A stretch of DNA of 60,019 nucleotides, filler included. It is 7 parts of 7 records of this genome, joined end to end, with 100 filler letters (N's around TTAATTAATTAA, not from the genome) between each part and the next. Parts side by side here need not be neighbours in the genome. Positions count along the whole stretch, not along the records: positions 12,950 to 21,400 come from SRR31156797_10187; positions 21,501 to 27,253 come from SRR31156797_10192; 5 more parts are not named here. One strand, written 5' to 3'. Below the pieces are notes generated by a model, which saw only the letters and a program-made list of their open reading frames with translations, was not told where the DNA came from and did no database searches. The position numbers were made by a program, and so were the translations under genes. Below, one piece after another: positions 17,849 through 27,353 of this stretch; the stretch's first letter is position 1, and every line of letters begins with the position of its first letter.

Positions 17849-18254
17849 TTTTCCACTCCTCGTTCATAATTTTTCCGATCATATCCCGGAACCGTTTATG
17901 GGGTCGACTCATTTTCCCCTGAACCGTGATGCTCCATCGCTGAACCGTAAACGGTTACGCTTGACAAATAAGGGGAATGGACGCAAAAATCGACACAACC
18001 CCTACGGTCCGTGTAATTTTATGTCATTTTGACGAGAAAGGCCATGGCAATCTCACCGAATCCCGGGGTGATCCATTGTGCCATGATACCTTCAAGGAGA
18101 TGTTTTCGCGGATATGGCAGCATCCATGCAACACACGGCAATAAAAATAAGGATACTGAACAAGGATCTGCGCATCATCAGCCGCATGAGCGACCGAAAA
18201 CATGAGCCCAAACAGGTATGCTGAGAATTTTGTAAACCGTGCATTCCCCCTTTC

Positions 18255-20669
18255 TCACCCATCATTGCTTTTGCCAACGTTCGAATGCCGCCGCAAAACA
18301 TCGGCCAGATTCTGGAAGCGGATCGGTTTGGGAAGATAATCGTCCATCCCCGCCTCCAGGCACCGTTCTCGATCGCCCTGCATGGCATTGGCCGTCATGG
18401 CGATAATCGGTACATGCCGACCGGTTTCCTTTTCAGCCTTCCGAATCCCGGCTGTAGCCGCCAGCCCATCCATTACAGGCATTTGAACATCCATTAAAAC
18501 CACATGGTAAGACTCTTTTGCAAGCCTCTCAACCGCCTCTCTGCCGTTGGGCACAACGGTCACCCGGTGACCCATTTTTTCCAGAACACGCATGGCGAGC
18601 TTTTGATTCACCGGGTTGTCTTCCGCCAGGAGTACATTGATGGAGACGGCTTTTTGACTGAACATGGAAGGATCCTCATCCCCTTTGCGTGGAACTTCCA
18701 AGTCAAGACCGTGTACACGCAAAACAGCATCCATCAAATCCGACGGTGTAATGGGTTTGGCCAGGCAAAAGGAGACCCCCGCATCACGACAGGCATCAAA
18801 ATGACGGGTTTTTGCACCGGGGGGAAGAATGAAGATCATGGGCAGATTGAGCTCAGGGTCCCACAGGATTTCCTCGAGGGCCCCCCGGCTCTTTTCATTA
18901 AAAAGCGTCGCATCCAGTATAAAAAAGTCAAAGGGGTGTCCCTTTGCCACAGCGCCCCTCACCAACGACAGTGCGGAAGAGATATCCTCGCAAACAGTGG
19001 GTGACATTCGCCAGTGACGAAACAGTTCCTCATAGACACGGCTCGATTTGGGGTTTCCTTCCGCCACCAGAACCGATGACCTTTCAAGCTTTCGCATGAA
19101 GGCGGGTATCGCTTTCGGCGCGCCCGCTTCTTCAACCTCAAACGGTATGGTGAAAAAGAAAGTCGCCCCGTACCCCTCCCGGCTTTCAAGCCATATCTTG
19201 CCGCCCATAATTTCCACCAGGTGCTTGGTAATGGCCAGCCCCAACCCGGTACCGCCGAATATTCTCGTGGTAAAACTGTCGGCCTGGGCGAATGCTTCAA
19301 AAATCATGGCCTGTTTTTCAGGCGCAATTCCGATACCGGTATCCTCAACGGAAAATTTCAGGTTCACGTGATCTTTTGCCGCTTCTGCACCGGAAAATAT
19401 TACCCCGTCTTCCATTACCGTACCGATTTCCACCTTAATTTCGCCCTTTTCGGTAAATTTGACGGCATTGCCCACAAGATTTACAATGATCTGGTTGAGT
19501 CGCTCAGGATCCCCCATGAGTTTTTCCGGTATGCCCGGATGTTCATGGTATACCAGTTCCAACCCCTTTTTCTGAGCCCGAAGGGAAAGCATCTTCAAGG
19601 TGTTCCGAAGACGGTCACCCATATTGAAGGTAATCTTTTCAAGCCCCAGTTTGCCCGCTTCTATTTTTGAAAAATCCAGAATATCATTGATGATGTTTAA
19701 AAGGGAAAAGGCAGAGGATTTGACGGTTTTGAGATAATCCAACTGCTCTTCATTCAGTTCCGTATCCAGCACCAGTTCCGTCATGCCCACGATAGCGTTC
19801 ATGGGGGTTCTGATTTCATGACTCATATTGGCGAGGAACTCGCTTTTGGCCCGGTTGGCGGCCTCAGCGGCCTCAATGGCTTTTTCCAGCGCTTCCGCCG
19901 ATTTTTTCTGTTCCGTAATATCCTGTTTGATGGCAATAAAATGGGTGATTTCCTTTTTTGAGTTTAAAACAGGGGTAATGGTCTGCATTTCCAGATAGGT
20001 GTTTCCATCTTTTTTTCGGTTGATAATTTCTCCCTCCCACACATGTCCCGAAAGAATCGTCTGCCAGAGGTTCTGATAATATGCATCGTCATGTTCGCCC
20101 GATTGAAGAATTTCAATTGGATTCCCGAGGATTTCCGATGAATCATATCCGGTCAGACGGGTAAAGGCGTTATTTATCCAGATGACCCGTCCCCTTCGAT
20201 CCGTTATCACGATGGCATTGGCGGCGGCCTGTAGCGCAATGCTCTGTACCCTGACCTGTTCCAGCTCCCTGGTTTCACTCATATCCCGAAGAACAATAAC
20301 CGCGGAATGTTCACCGCCGGAAAATTCCACATATTCACCTTCAAACTCGATAAAAAGGGAGCCGCGAGGTTTATGAATCTCATAATAGCCCTTCACATCC
20401 GTCCGGTTTTTCAGCACCTTTTGGACCGGATGTGCCGCCCGGTGAAGCTGAAGTCCATGTTCCCTTAAGGGCATGACTTCGGTGAGCGGTTTGCCCAGAA
20501 TCGTGATATGGATAACCCCCAGCAGCCGGTCAAAAGACTTGTTGCACCATTGAATCAACCCTTTTTCGTCTGTCCAGACAATGGCATCGTTAATGGCCCC
20601 CAGGGCGATTTCCATCTTTCCCAAGGTGCTTCGAAGGGCATTGAGCTGCTCGGAAACATTTGAATCCAT
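18255..20669 (-). CDS. Cytoplasmic hybrid histidine kinase (PAS-PAS-HisKA-HATPase-REC-REC)
   Basis: SHEIRTP H-box, NAVKF, DTGIG, GTGLGL, MDVQMP; start placed at ATG 20669 after GGAGG RBS. Confidence 0.93.
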   Translation of the reverse strand: MDSNVSEQLNALRSTLGKMEIALGAINDAIVWTDEKGLIQWCNKSFDRLLGVIHITILGKPLTEVMPLREHGLQLHRAAHPVQKVLKNRTDVKGYYEIHKPRGSLFIEFEGEYVEFSGGEHSAVIVLRDMSETRELEQVRVQSIALQAAANAIVITDRRGRVIWINNAFTRLTGYDSSEILGNPIEILQSGEHDDAYYQNLWQTILSGHVWEGEIINRKKDGNTYLEMQTITPVLNSKKEITHFIAIKQDITEQKKSAEALEKAIEAAEAANRAKSEFLANMSHEIRTPMNAIVGMTELVLDTELNEEQLDYLKTVKSSAFSLLNIINDILDFSKIEAGKLGLEKITFNMGDRLRNTLKMLSLRAQKKGLELVYHEHPGIPEKLMGDPERLNQIIVNLVGNAVKFTEKGEIKVEIGTVMEDGVIFSGAEAAKDHVNLKFSVEDTGIGIAPEKQAMIFEAFAQADSFTTRIFGGTGLGLAITKHLVEIMGGKIWLESREGYGATFFFTIPFEVEEAGAPKAIPAFMRKLERSSVLVAEGNPKSSRVYEELFRHWRMSPTVCEDISSALSLVRGAVAKGHPFDFFILDATLFNEKSRGALEEILWDPELNLPMIFILPPGAKTRHFDACRDAGVSFCLAKPITPSDLMDAVLRVHGLDLEVPRKGDEDPSMFSQKAVSINVLLAEDNPVNQKLAMRVLEKMGHRVTVVPNGREAVERLAKESYHVVLMDVQMPVMDGLAATAGIRKAEKETGRHVPIIAMTANAMQGDRERCLEAGMDDYLPKPIRFQNLADVLRRHSNVGKSNDG

Positions 20670-20700
20670 TACAATCCTCCCGCGAAAGGGGTGACGCTGT

Positions 20701-21051
20701 TCAAGCAATATTCTGAATGGACGCGGCAAAAACCCATCTGCCCTTTTCCTTAAATGCGGTGATGAAGTGTCTTGCGGGCTTTTCCCCGCCGTCACCGGAT
20801 ACAATATGAAGGTCCAGGGATTGTTCAAGGATTGTTGCTTTCTCAGTTGTCAAAAATCGGGAAAAGCCCATATGGTGAGCATTTCGAAGCCCTTCGGGGA
20901 TAATTTCCGTCAACATTTTACCCTTGAGCTTTTCTCTGGTCCATCCGTAAGCATCTTCAAATGCGGCATTAATATCCTGAATAATGCCGTCTTGATCAAC
21001 TACCACCACCGGATCGATTTTGTTGGCCAGAATTTCATGAAATTTCGTCAT
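20701..21051 (-). CDS. Stand-alone PAS domain protein
   Basis: DPVVVVDQDG..INAAFE..GW...L.GK; immediately upstream of the kinase. Confidence 0.85.
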   Translation of the reverse strand: MTKFHEILANKIDPVVVVDQDGIIQDINAAFEDAYGWTREKLKGKMLTEIIPEGLRNAHHMGFSRFLTTEKATILEQSLDLHIVSGDGGEKPARHFITAFKEKGRWVFAASIQNIA

Positions 21052-21400
21052 TTCCGTATCCTTTCAAATGGAGGTCGCTTCTGTTGGGGCCTCCCATGTT
21101 CATACTACACAACATCTTCGGAAAATTCAAAAATGAATTTGCGCATTCCCCGTTTCACATTCATGGCTTCCCCCAAAACTGCGGTGGCAGGAGCCCCCCA
21201 GAACCAAAAAAAATCCCTATTTCATTAAAGAATTTACTTGACATTTTTTCGATTTTAAATACCATCCTGAATAATAGCTATTTTTTCCATACAAACCTTG
21301 AACAATCCGCCAGAGGTTTTCATATGGAGCATCCCATCAAACTCTGCTTGTTCCGCTCCCCGTAAGACCCGTCTTTCCCGTGGGGAGCGAGAACCTTTAA

Positions 21401-21500
21401 NNNNNNNNNNNNNNNNNNNNNNNNNNNNNNNNNNNNNNNNNNNNTTAATTAATTAANNNNNNNNNNNNNNNNNNNNNNNNNNNNNNNNNNNNNNNNNNNN
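21401..21500. other. Artificial contig linker
   Basis: N44-TTAATTAATTAA-N44. Confidence 0.98.
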
Positions 21501-21611
21501 AGACAAAAGAGGAGTGTCCAACTCCTCAAAATAAAAACTATTCATCTTAGTACACTTCTTGCATATAAAAAAATGCTATCATAAAAACAAAAAAAGAAAG
21601 TATCTTAATCC

Positions 21612-22130
21612 ATGGAAGAAGAAAGCTATTTATACGAAACTTTTATTATCTATAACAGTGAATTAAATCTAAAAGATTTTGTAACTATTGGAGAAGTAGA
21701 CAAAGAAAACAAAATAGCATATTTAGATACACCTTATGAAGTGGTTGGACCTTTTAGTTTAGATGAGCTTTATTCAAAGGGTAAGATTTATTTTGAAGCT
21801 TGTATGGTTATGACACAAAACTTTTGGCATAAAAAGAGGATTGATCTTCAAAAAGAATCTTTCATAAAACAGCAACAAAGCCAAAATAGATTTTATGAAG
21901 AGATAAAAAACTACAATAAAAAAAGACAATCTTTACATATAAATATTGATATAAAGTACCGTAAGCTTTTATTTTTGCCTTTAGATGAAGAACTAAATGA
22001 AACCCAAATAAAAGAGGCTTTTAAAAAGTTAGCAAAAACCACACACCCTGATGTTGGTGGAACTCATGAAGAGTTTATTGAGATAACTAATGCAAGAGAT
22101 GAACTCATTGCAAATATTACTATAAAATAA
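21612..22130 (+). CDS. C-terminal J-domain (DnaJ-like) protein
   Basis: IKEAFKKLAKTTHPDVGG..F.EI..A. Confidence 0.85.
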   Translation: MEEESYLYETFIIYNSELNLKDFVTIGEVDKENKIAYLDTPYEVVGPFSLDELYSKGKIYFEACMVMTQNFWHKKRIDLQKESFIKQQQSQNRFYEEIKNYNKKRQSLHINIDIKYRKLLFLPLDEELNETQIKEAFKKLAKTTHPDVGGTHEEFIEITNARDELIANITIK

Positions 22131-22254
22131 TTTTAAAAAAATCAAAAAATCCATTTACATTTTTGCAATCATTATGATATACTTTTTCTTTCTAATTTAA
22201 TTTAAAGTTTTAAGTTTTTATTAAGACTTTTTCTAAGAAACAAAAGGAGTTTTC

Positions 22255-23595
22255 ATGTTGGTACTTATTCTTTTAGTAGCAATAGTATTTATCGTACTTG
22301 CAACAAGCAAGTTGAAGTTACACCCTTTTCTTGCATTACTTATTGCAGCATATGGGATAGCTATTAGTGTTGGTATGGGTTATACTGAAATAGCAACTAC
22401 ATTAACAAAAGGCTTTGGTGGCATTCTAGCTTATATTGGTATTGTAATTGTACTTGGTACTATCATTGGTGTAATACTTGAAAAAAGTGGTGCAGCAATA
22501 AAGATGGCAAATGTTATTCTTAAAATTGTAGGTAAGAAAAGACCAGTTTTAGCAATGTCAGTTATCGGATATATTGTATCTATTCCTGTATTTTGCGATA
22601 GCGGTTTTGTTATCTTAAATGCATTAAAAAGATCAATGGTAAAACAACTAAAAGTTTCAGGTGTAGCAATGAGTGTTGCTTTAGCAACAGGACTTTTTGC
22701 AACACATACTTTAGTTCCACCAACACCAGGACCGATTGCAGCTGCTGGAAACTTGATGGTTGATAACTTAGGGCTTGTTATCATCTTTGGTTTCTTTATC
22801 TCAATCATTACAATGTTGGCAGGTTATTTTTGGGCATTAAGATCTGGTAAGATTTATAAAAGTGGTGAAGACTCTTTAGTTGACTTAGAAAAAGATAGCG
22901 AAGTTATTGAGAAGTATGGTGAGCTTCCAAGTGCATTCAAATCTTTTGCTCCTATTTTTATTCCTATTTTATTAATGGCTTTAGCAAGTATTGTAAAACT
23001 TGTATTTGCAGATGCAAATGAGAGTTTTCTTTATAAACTATTTATCTTCTTAGGAAATCCTACAAATGCTTTATTTATAGGTTTATTATTTGCTTCTATG
23101 CTTTTACCAAAATTTGATGAAGAAAGATTATCAGGTTGGATTGGAGAAGGTATCAAAAATGCTGGTGAGATTTTAATTATTACTGGTGCAGGTGGTGCTT
23201 TAGGTGCTGTATTAAAAGCAAGTGGAATTGGTACATATCTTGGTGAGACTCTACAAACATTAAGTTTAGGTATTCTGGTTCCATTTATTATTGCAGCTGC
23301 ACTAAAATCAGCACAAGGTTCATCTACAACTGCACTTGTTGTAACTTCAACTATTGTTTATCCACTTCTTGCAAGTTTAGGATTAGATAGTGAGATTGGT
23401 AAAATCTTAACAGTAATGGCTATTGGAGCTGGAGCTATGACTGTAAGTCATGCAAACGACAGTTTCTTCTGGGTTGTTTCAAGATTTAGTCAAATGGATG
23501 TTGCTACAGCATACAAAGCTTATACAACAGCAACTTTATTACAAGGTGTTGTAACTATTGCTATTGTTTATGTATTAGCAGGAATCTTACTTTAA
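22255..23595 (+). CDS. GntP family permease (gluconate/glycerate-type)
   Basis: KLHPFLAL, SIPVFCDSGF, LVPPTPGP, KSAQGSST, SHANDSFFW. Confidence 0.93.
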   Translation: MLVLILLVAIVFIVLATSKLKLHPFLALLIAAYGIAISVGMGYTEIATTLTKGFGGILAYIGIVIVLGTIIGVILEKSGAAIKMANVILKIVGKKRPVLAMSVIGYIVSIPVFCDSGFVILNALKRSMVKQLKVSGVAMSVALATGLFATHTLVPPTPGPIAAAGNLMVDNLGLVIIFGFFISIITMLAGYFWALRSGKIYKSGEDSLVDLEKDSEVIEKYGELPSAFKSFAPIFIPILLMALASIVKLVFADANESFLYKLFIFLGNPTNALFIGLLFASMLLPKFDEERLSGWIGEGIKNAGEILIITGAGGALGAVLKASGIGTYLGETLQTLSLGILVPFIIAAALKSAQGSSTTALVVTSTIVYPLLASLGLDSEIGKILTVMAIGAGAMTVSHANDSFFWVVSRFSQMDVATAYKAYTTATLLQGVVTIAIVYVLAGILL

Positions 23596-23606
23596 TATTA
23601 TTTAAT

Positions 23607-23642
23607 AAAAAGGTACTAATATTTTTATTAGTGCCTTTTTTT
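23607..23642 (+). terminator. Rho-independent terminator
   Basis: AAAAAGGTACTAATA-loop-TATTAGTGCCTTTTTTT. Confidence 0.8.
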
Positions 23643-23803
23643 CTTACTTTTCTTAAAGCCTTTAAATTCCATCATTACAGCCTTAGCATAAAAAATAAAG
23701 TTATTTAATTTAATTACATTATTATAAATAATTATTTACTTTCACTAAAATAAAAACTATTATAATGGTCATATGTCAACAATTATTATTTGAAGGATTT
23801 ATT

Positions 23804-25528
23804 ATGAATGACAATATTGCAACTTATTTTGCAAAACTTTTAGCGAAAATGGGTATAAAAAGAATCTGGGGAATTACCGGAGATTCTTTAAATGGACTTA
23901 GTGATAGTTTAGAAAAACTAGATGAGATTAAGTGGATTGGTACAAGACACGAAGAAACTGCTGCCTTTGCAGCTGGTGCAGATGCAAAAGTTAGTGGTGA
24001 GATATCAGTTTGTGCAGGTTCTTGTGGTCCTGGAAATATGCACTTGATAAATGGTTTATATGATTGCCAAAGAAAAGGTGTGCCAGTATTAGCAATTGCT
24101 TCACATATCCCTTCTAGTGAGATAGGAAGTGGATATTTTCAAGAAACACATCCTCAAGATTTATTTAAAGAGTGTAGCGTCTTTTGTGAGTTAGTTTCAA
24201 ACCCTGAACAGATGCCATATATTTTAGAAACTGCAATAAGACAAGCTATATTAAAAAATGGTGTTAGTATTATTGTTATTCCTGGTGATATTATGTTAAA
24301 ACCTATGCCTGAAGGTTCAAAACTTTTATGGAATAAACCTAACTTTCCAAAAGTTATCCCAACCAATGAAGATATAAAAGAGTTAGCAAAACTACTAAAT
24401 GAAAATGAAAAAATCACTTTCTTATGTGGAGCAGGGTGCAAAGATTCACACGATGAAGTTGTAGAGTTATCCAAACTGTTAAATGCGCCAGTTGTTCATG
24501 CTTTGGGTGGAAAAGAGTATATTGAGTGGGAAAATCCAAATAGTGTAGGGATGACTGGACTTATTGGTTACGAATCAGGATACTTTGCAATGGAAAACTC
24601 TGATTTATTATTGGTTTTAGGTTCATCTTTTCCTTATAAAGCTTTTTATCCTAAAGATGCAAAAATCATACAAATAGATTTAAAACCAGAGTCTATAGGA
24701 AGACATATGCAAGTTGACCGAGGACTTATTGGAGATATTAAATCTAGTATTAAAGCCTTGTTGCCAAAAATAAAACAAAAAGAGAATAGAAAGTTTTTAG
24801 ATAGTGCATTAAGTCATTATAAAAATACTGTAGAAAAGTTTGATAAACTAGCAAGTGGAAATAGTAAAACTGGATTAATCCACCCTCAATATTTAACAAA
24901 AGTTATAGATAAATATGCAAGTGAAGATGCTATATTTACTTGTGATGTAGGTACTCCAACTGTATGGGCTGCAAGATATTTAAATATGAATGGAAAAAGA
25001 AAACTTATTGGTTCTTTTAATCACGGTTCTATGGCAAATGCACTTCCACAAGCTATTGGTGCAAAAGTAAACTCACCTCAAAAAGAGGTTATTGCATTAT
25101 GTGGAGATGGTGGTTTTTCTATGTTAATGGGAGATTTGTTAACATTGATACAACATAAAGTAAAAGCAAAAATTGTAATATATGATAACAACTCCTTGGG
25201 GTTTGTTGCAATTGAGATGAAAGCTGGTGGTTTTTTGTATGAGAATACAGAACTAACAAATCCTGATTTTTCATCAATTGCAAAAGCAGTTGGTATAAAA
25301 GGTTTTAGAGTTGAAGAACCTGACAATCTAGAAGATACAGTTAAAGAGTTTTTAGAGTATGATGGTGCAGCACTACTTGATGTTACAACTGCAAAACAAG
25401 AATTAACAATGCCTCCAAAAATCACTTTTGATGCTGCAAAAGGGTTTGGTATTTACATGCTAAGAGCTATAATAAATGGTAAAGGTGACGAGCTAGTCGA
25501 GGTTGCAAAAGAAAATTTGATAAGATAG
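23804..25528 (+). CDS. poxB: Pyruvate:quinone oxidoreductase (pyruvate oxidase)
   Basis: GDSLNG, RHEE, GSCGPGN, SEIGSGYFQETHP, GSFNHGSMANALPQ, GDGG ThDP motif; start chosen after GAAGGA. Confidence 0.93.
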   Translation: MNDNIATYFAKLLAKMGIKRIWGITGDSLNGLSDSLEKLDEIKWIGTRHEETAAFAAGADAKVSGEISVCAGSCGPGNMHLINGLYDCQRKGVPVLAIASHIPSSEIGSGYFQETHPQDLFKECSVFCELVSNPEQMPYILETAIRQAILKNGVSIIVIPGDIMLKPMPEGSKLLWNKPNFPKVIPTNEDIKELAKLLNENEKITFLCGAGCKDSHDEVVELSKLLNAPVVHALGGKEYIEWENPNSVGMTGLIGYESGYFAMENSDLLLVLGSSFPYKAFYPKDAKIIQIDLKPESIGRHMQVDRGLIGDIKSSIKALLPKIKQKENRKFLDSALSHYKNTVEKFDKLASGNSKTGLIHPQYLTKVIDKYASEDAIFTCDVGTPTVWAARYLNMNGKRKLIGSFNHGSMANALPQAIGAKVNSPQKEVIALCGDGGFSMLMGDLLTLIQHKVKAKIVIYDNNSLGFVAIEMKAGGFLYENTELTNPDFSSIAKAVGIKGFRVEEPDNLEDTVKEFLEYDGAALLDVTTAKQELTMPPKITFDAAKGFGIYMLRAIINGKGDELVEVAKENLIR

Positions 25529-25586
25529 TTTATTTATAAAGTTATATATAAATATATAGAAAAAAGTATCTAAAAGGTTTAAAAAT

Positions 25587-26507
25587 ATGGGAATGATGAT
25601 AGTTACAAAAGAAAAAGGAATCGAGACTTGGATTGAAAATCTAAAAAAACTAAATAGCAATATAGATATAGAAGTATATCCTGAGATAAAAGATAAAGAT
25701 AAGATTACCTTTGCTTTGGTTTGGTCAAAATTAGATATCGATTTTAATGACTTCAAAAATCTAAAATGTATATCTTCAATGGGTGCAGGAGTTGATCATA
25801 TTTTAGAAAATAAAACAATAAACCAAAATGTAGCTATCTCTAAAATAGTAGATGAAAAACTTGTTTCATCTATGTGGGAATATCTTCTTTGTGTTGCGCT
25901 AAATGTAGTAACAAATCATTATAAATATATACAACATCAAAAACAAAAAAATTGGGAGCAATTAGAACAAAACTCAATAGATGATTTTACAATTGGAGTT
26001 TTAGGTTTAGGGCAACTAGGAAGTGAAGTTGCAAAAAACTTTTCTAACTTTGGATTTAAAGTAAAAGGTTATGCCTCATCAAAAAAAGATTTTAAAGATA
26101 TAGAAACACATACAAACCTAGACGAGTTTTCAAAAGGTGTAGATATTTTAATAAACTTATTACCACTTACAAAAGAAACAAAAGCAATACTAAATAAAGA
26201 GTTGTTTTATAATTTAAATCAAAATGCTTATATAGTAAATGTAGGAAGAGGAGCACATCTAGTTGAAGAGGATTTACTTGAGGTTTTAGATGAAGGTTAT
26301 TTACAAGGAGCAACTTTAGATGTGTTTGAGAAAGAACCACTTCCAAAAGAAAATCTACTATGGAATCATCCAAAAGTAACAATTACACCTCATAGTGCAT
26401 CTTTGACAGAACCAAACTCTGTTGCAAAACAGATTGTTATAAATTATGAAAGAGTATGTGAAAACCTAGAGCCTTTAAATAAAATAGATAGAAACAAAGA
26501 TTATTAA
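25587..26507 (+). CDS. ghrA: Glyoxylate/hydroxypyruvate reductase A-like 2-hydroxyacid dehydrogenase
   Basis: GAGVDH, GLGQLG, NLLPLT, NVGRG, LDVF..EPL, TPH. Confidence 0.8.
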   Translation: MGMMIVTKEKGIETWIENLKKLNSNIDIEVYPEIKDKDKITFALVWSKLDIDFNDFKNLKCISSMGAGVDHILENKTINQNVAISKIVDEKLVSSMWEYLLCVALNVVTNHYKYIQHQKQKNWEQLEQNSIDDFTIGVLGLGQLGSEVAKNFSNFGFKVKGYASSKKDFKDIETHTNLDEFSKGVDILINLLPLTKETKAILNKELFYNLNQNAYIVNVGRGAHLVEEDLLEVLDEGYLQGATLDVFEKEPLPKENLLWNHPKVTITPHSASLTEPNSVAKQIVINYERVCENLEPLNKIDRNKDY

Positions 26508-26585
26508 ACCTTAAAAAAGGTGTTTGTAATTAAGTTAATAACTTTTATGTGATATGCTAAAGTTAATAAAATAAAAAGGTTAAAA

Positions 26586-27002
26586 ATGAATATTGCATTA
26601 GTTGCACATGATAATTTAAAACAAGACATAATAGAATGGGCTTTATTTAACAAAGGTACATTACATAAACATGTGATATATGCTACAGGAACTACAGGAA
26701 AACTATTACAAGAAAAGGGATTTGGGGTTCACTGTCTAAAATCAGGACCTTTAGGTGGAGACCAACAAATTGGAGCTATGATTGCTGAAGCAAAATTAGA
26801 TATTTTGTTCTTCTTTGTTGATCCAATGGCACAACAACCTCACGAGCCAGATATTACTGCTCTTAGAAGAATCTGTGACACTTATAGAATACCAATCGCA
26901 ACAAACAGACAAACAGCAGATTTTATTATCTCATCTCCACTATTTGAAGGGTATGTTCATGAAATGCCAGATTGGTCTAAATACCAAAATAGAAAAATCT
27001 AG
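26586..27002 (+). CDS. mgsA: Methylglyoxal synthase
   Basis: IALVAHD, ATGTTG, SGPLGGDQQIGA, PHEPD, ATN. Confidence 0.96.
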   Translation: MNIALVAHDNLKQDIIEWALFNKGTLHKHVIYATGTTGKLLQEKGFGVHCLKSGPLGGDQQIGAMIAEAKLDILFFFVDPMAQQPHEPDITALRRICDTYRIPIATNRQTADFIISSPLFEGYVHEMPDWSKYQNRKI

Positions 27003-27217
27003 TCTTCTAGGTTTAAAATAGATTTGATATTTGTTACTAAACCTTTACTTCTGAATTGTGGTAAAAGATTTACTAAAAACTCTTTTCCATGTTCAGAGAT
27101 ATGTTCTAAAATCAATTCTCTTTTTAAATCAGAGTCCAAAATCAACTCTTCTGCTTTACTTACATTGTTTTCTTTTACTGCAACAAGAAGTTGTGCAGAA
27201 ACAGGAATAAAAGACAT
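26999..27217 (-). CDS. Small hypothetical protein
   Basis: 72-aa ORF with GGAG RBS, convergent with mgsA. Confidence 0.65.
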   Translation of the reverse strand: MSFIPVSAQLLVAVKENNVSKAEELILDSDLKRELILEHISEHGKEFLVNLLPQFRSKGLVTNIKSILNLED

Positions 27218-27253
27218 AATTACTCTCCAAAATAAAAATTTATGGAATAATGA

Positions 27254-27353
27254 NNNNNNNNNNNNNNNNNNNNNNNNNNNNNNNNNNNNNNNNNNNNTTA
27301 ATTAATTAANNNNNNNNNNNNNNNNNNNNNNNNNNNNNNNNNNNNNNNNNNNN
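27254..27353. other. Artificial contig linker
   Basis: N44-TTAATTAATTAA-N44. Confidence 0.98.

Noticed and set aside
18092-18388. 98-aa ORF overlapping the kinase 3' end
   Set aside because: Alternate-frame overlap, no recognisable motif, poor RBS spacing for the internal ATG
20670-20828. 53-aa N-terminal extension of the hybrid kinase in the ORF track
   Set aside because: Overlaps the PAS gene; a GGAGG RBS supports ATG 20669
21354-21389. CGCTCCCC...GGGGAGCG inverted repeat at a contig end
   Set aside because: Single 8-bp stem without context; cannot tell terminator from REP or IS end
27024-27305. ORF running into the linker
   Set aside because: Antisense to the 26999-27217 gene and extended only by N bases
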